This document shows positions 61,922 to 64,000 of a stretch of 64,000 nucleotides of DNA, one piece after another. The DNA is from Eledone cirrhosa (taxonomy: Eukaryota). Positions within the stretch are counted from its first letter, which is position 1, and the number at the start of each line of letters is the position of its first letter. The DNA lies in contig OZ024754.1 of the NCBI GenBank assembly GCA_964016885.1, positions 35,526,001-35,590,000 of the forward strand, in the 5' to 3' direction. A program made the position numbers and the translations under genes. Below the pieces are notes generated by a model, which saw nothing but the letters and a program-made list of their open reading frames with translations, ran no database searches and was not told the origin of the DNA.

Positions 61922-63201
61922 GTTTAAGCTTATCCAAAAACCCAACTTCCATCTGTTATTTATGATAACTTCTGTCAAATCCCACGTAGTCATGGCTAAT
62001 TGGTTAGAACGTTTGTCGTGTAACCAGCAGCTCGCGGGTTCGAATTCACTGCGTCAGATCTTGAGCAAGTGTCTTTATCATAGATTTTGGTCAGCCTAAG
62101 ACTTGCAATGAAATTGTGTAAAAGTCCATCAGATAGATTTTAGATTTAATTCAAAGGTCTATCCTTGTTACATACTGTGTCACACTAACTCATATTAGGA
62201 ATCACGTTAACACTTTCGTTACCATATTTCTAATAAAAGACACCACCTATGAGTTTCTGTCAGGAGTTGCGACCGGTAGATAGTAACAGCAATGGAAAAA
62301 CCATTGGAAACTTTGTTTCCTTGGACCGATTTGACGAATTCCACACCATTCGGTAAGTGAATGATGTCTGGGATCTTGTCAATCGTCCGTATTATGATAT
62401 ATTCAAAATGTTCAACTAATTTGGAGACTGATTGAGAATTTGGAAAGACTTCGTAATATAACTTTCGATATAGAGTTACGGTCCTTTATATTTTGAGTTC
62501 AAATTCCGCTGAGGTTTTTACAGGGTTGATAAAATAAAGTACCAGTAACGCACTGGGATCCTTTTAATCGACTTTCTCTTCTTCCAAATTGTTGGCCTTG
62601 TGTCTAGACCAGAAACCATTATTAAACTTGTGTTTCGGACATAACTTAAAAAAAGTTCTTGCATCAAAATACGAGGGAAAAGGTTTTAGGTCAATATAAA
62701 CTCTTTAAAACAAGCCCATCATTTTATCGTAGAACAAGGGTCGGCTTCGGGCGATTTCATATCAAAATGGTTAAGGGTACACGTGTCATTAGAATACTCA
62801 ACCGTTTACGCATTTATACACGAGTTATATGAGGGTCGGCTGAAAAGTTTATTGGCTGATTATGAAGGAGTGATGCTAGAGCTGTAAAATCTTGCATTCA
62901 TGGGACCATACCATCCCAATATTTGAATGTCGTATCGTGAAAAAATGCTGGAAGCCACTGTTTTAATCCATACCAGACGTTCCATAAAGTTTGCAGACTT
63001 GAACAAAGGAAGGGAGCAGAGGTGGGCTAGTTAGCATAGATCTGTGATGGGAGCCTCTTTCTCCAAAGTTTTAGTTCCTTTATTCTGTTCTGTTAATTGC
63101 ACGTACGAGGGTAGGCTGAACAATCCCTAGGCTGACTATGAAGCTGTCTATGACTTTACCGCTATGAAATCTTGCATGCATTAATTTCAACTCTTCTTAT
63201 T

Positions 63202-63389
63202 AATAATTGTTTCTACTTTTGGCACAAGGCCAGCAATTACCCAGTGTATTACTGGTACTTTATTTTATCAACCCCATAAGGATGAAAGGCAAAGTTAACC
63301 TCGGCGGGATTTGAACTCAGAATGGCAAGGGCCGTAACTCTATACGTCAAAGCATGGCGTCCGACCCTCTACCGATACTGCCAATCCAC
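63202..63389 (-). mobile_element. SINE A inserted in a mariner MITE, with a 20-bp TSD
   Basis: ACTCTTCTTATTAATAATTG at 63190-63209 and 63388-63407. Confidence 0.9.
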
Positions 63390-64000
63390 TCTTCTTATTA
63401 ATAATTGCATTGTTTCTTTCTTTCCAGAGATTATGTTGAAAAATAAACCACATTTAATCATTCCCTGTGAGTATTGTCGTCGGCCTATGAACCATTCATC
63501 AAACCCTATTATATACAATTGATCTAACTACAGGATGCTTGTCGTTGAAACCGACAAAGTTGTTATCTTTGTAACTCCAATGTTGTTCCAGGTATTAGTT
63601 AACATAATAAATACTCCATGTAATTAAAACATAGATGATAATTTAAAAAAAAAACGTTAATTGGAAAGCTTAAAGTACCCAAATAATGAGATTGTGTTTA
63701 TTTAGCCTAATTTATCTAATCGTTTATTGACGGACACGAAGTGAATTAATATTTGGTTTTTATGTTGATTCGAGTCATTAGGACGTGATATAGAAATATT
63801 TGCAGCATTCTTTCCGGTCTGGTTTTCTGCGTTCCGAGTTCAAGTCCCACAGCAATCAGCTTTGCCGTTCATCTTTTCGAGGTCGATAAAAGAAGTACCA
63901 GTTTAGTACTAGAGTTGATTCTTGCTCTATATCTCTTTTTCGCTGCGATGCCCTTTCCTTATTCTATAAGAAATTGGAAGTGTTAAGATCTGGAAAGGGG

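Overview
This is eukaryotic (animal) repeat-saturated non-coding DNA. The SINE repertoire and the kb-scale (TA)/(CA)/(ACC) microsatellites suggest an octopus or other coleoid cephalopod (inference). I found no credible host protein-coding exon, and nearly all long ORFs in the track are read-throughs of microsatellites. Recognisable content: about 20 copies of a tRNA-derived SINE, several RTE-type LINE remnants, a CRE-type restriction-like-endonuclease remnant, a Helitron 3' end with a Pif1-helicase remnant, hAT, piggyBac and mariner MITEs, and a Penelope-like (PLE) GIY-YIG endonuclease remnant. The main hidden signal is a set of about 13 type I hammerhead-ribozyme motifs from several different sequence families, 9 of them packed into 20.4-25.3 kb. 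They sit in short non-coding modules (fold-back inverted repeat + ribozyme + unique tail) embedded in (TA)n microsatellites. One module is a perfect 336-bp palindrome carrying a ribozyme on each strand. All folds were done by eye. Coordinates of degenerate elements are approximate, to about 10-20 nt.
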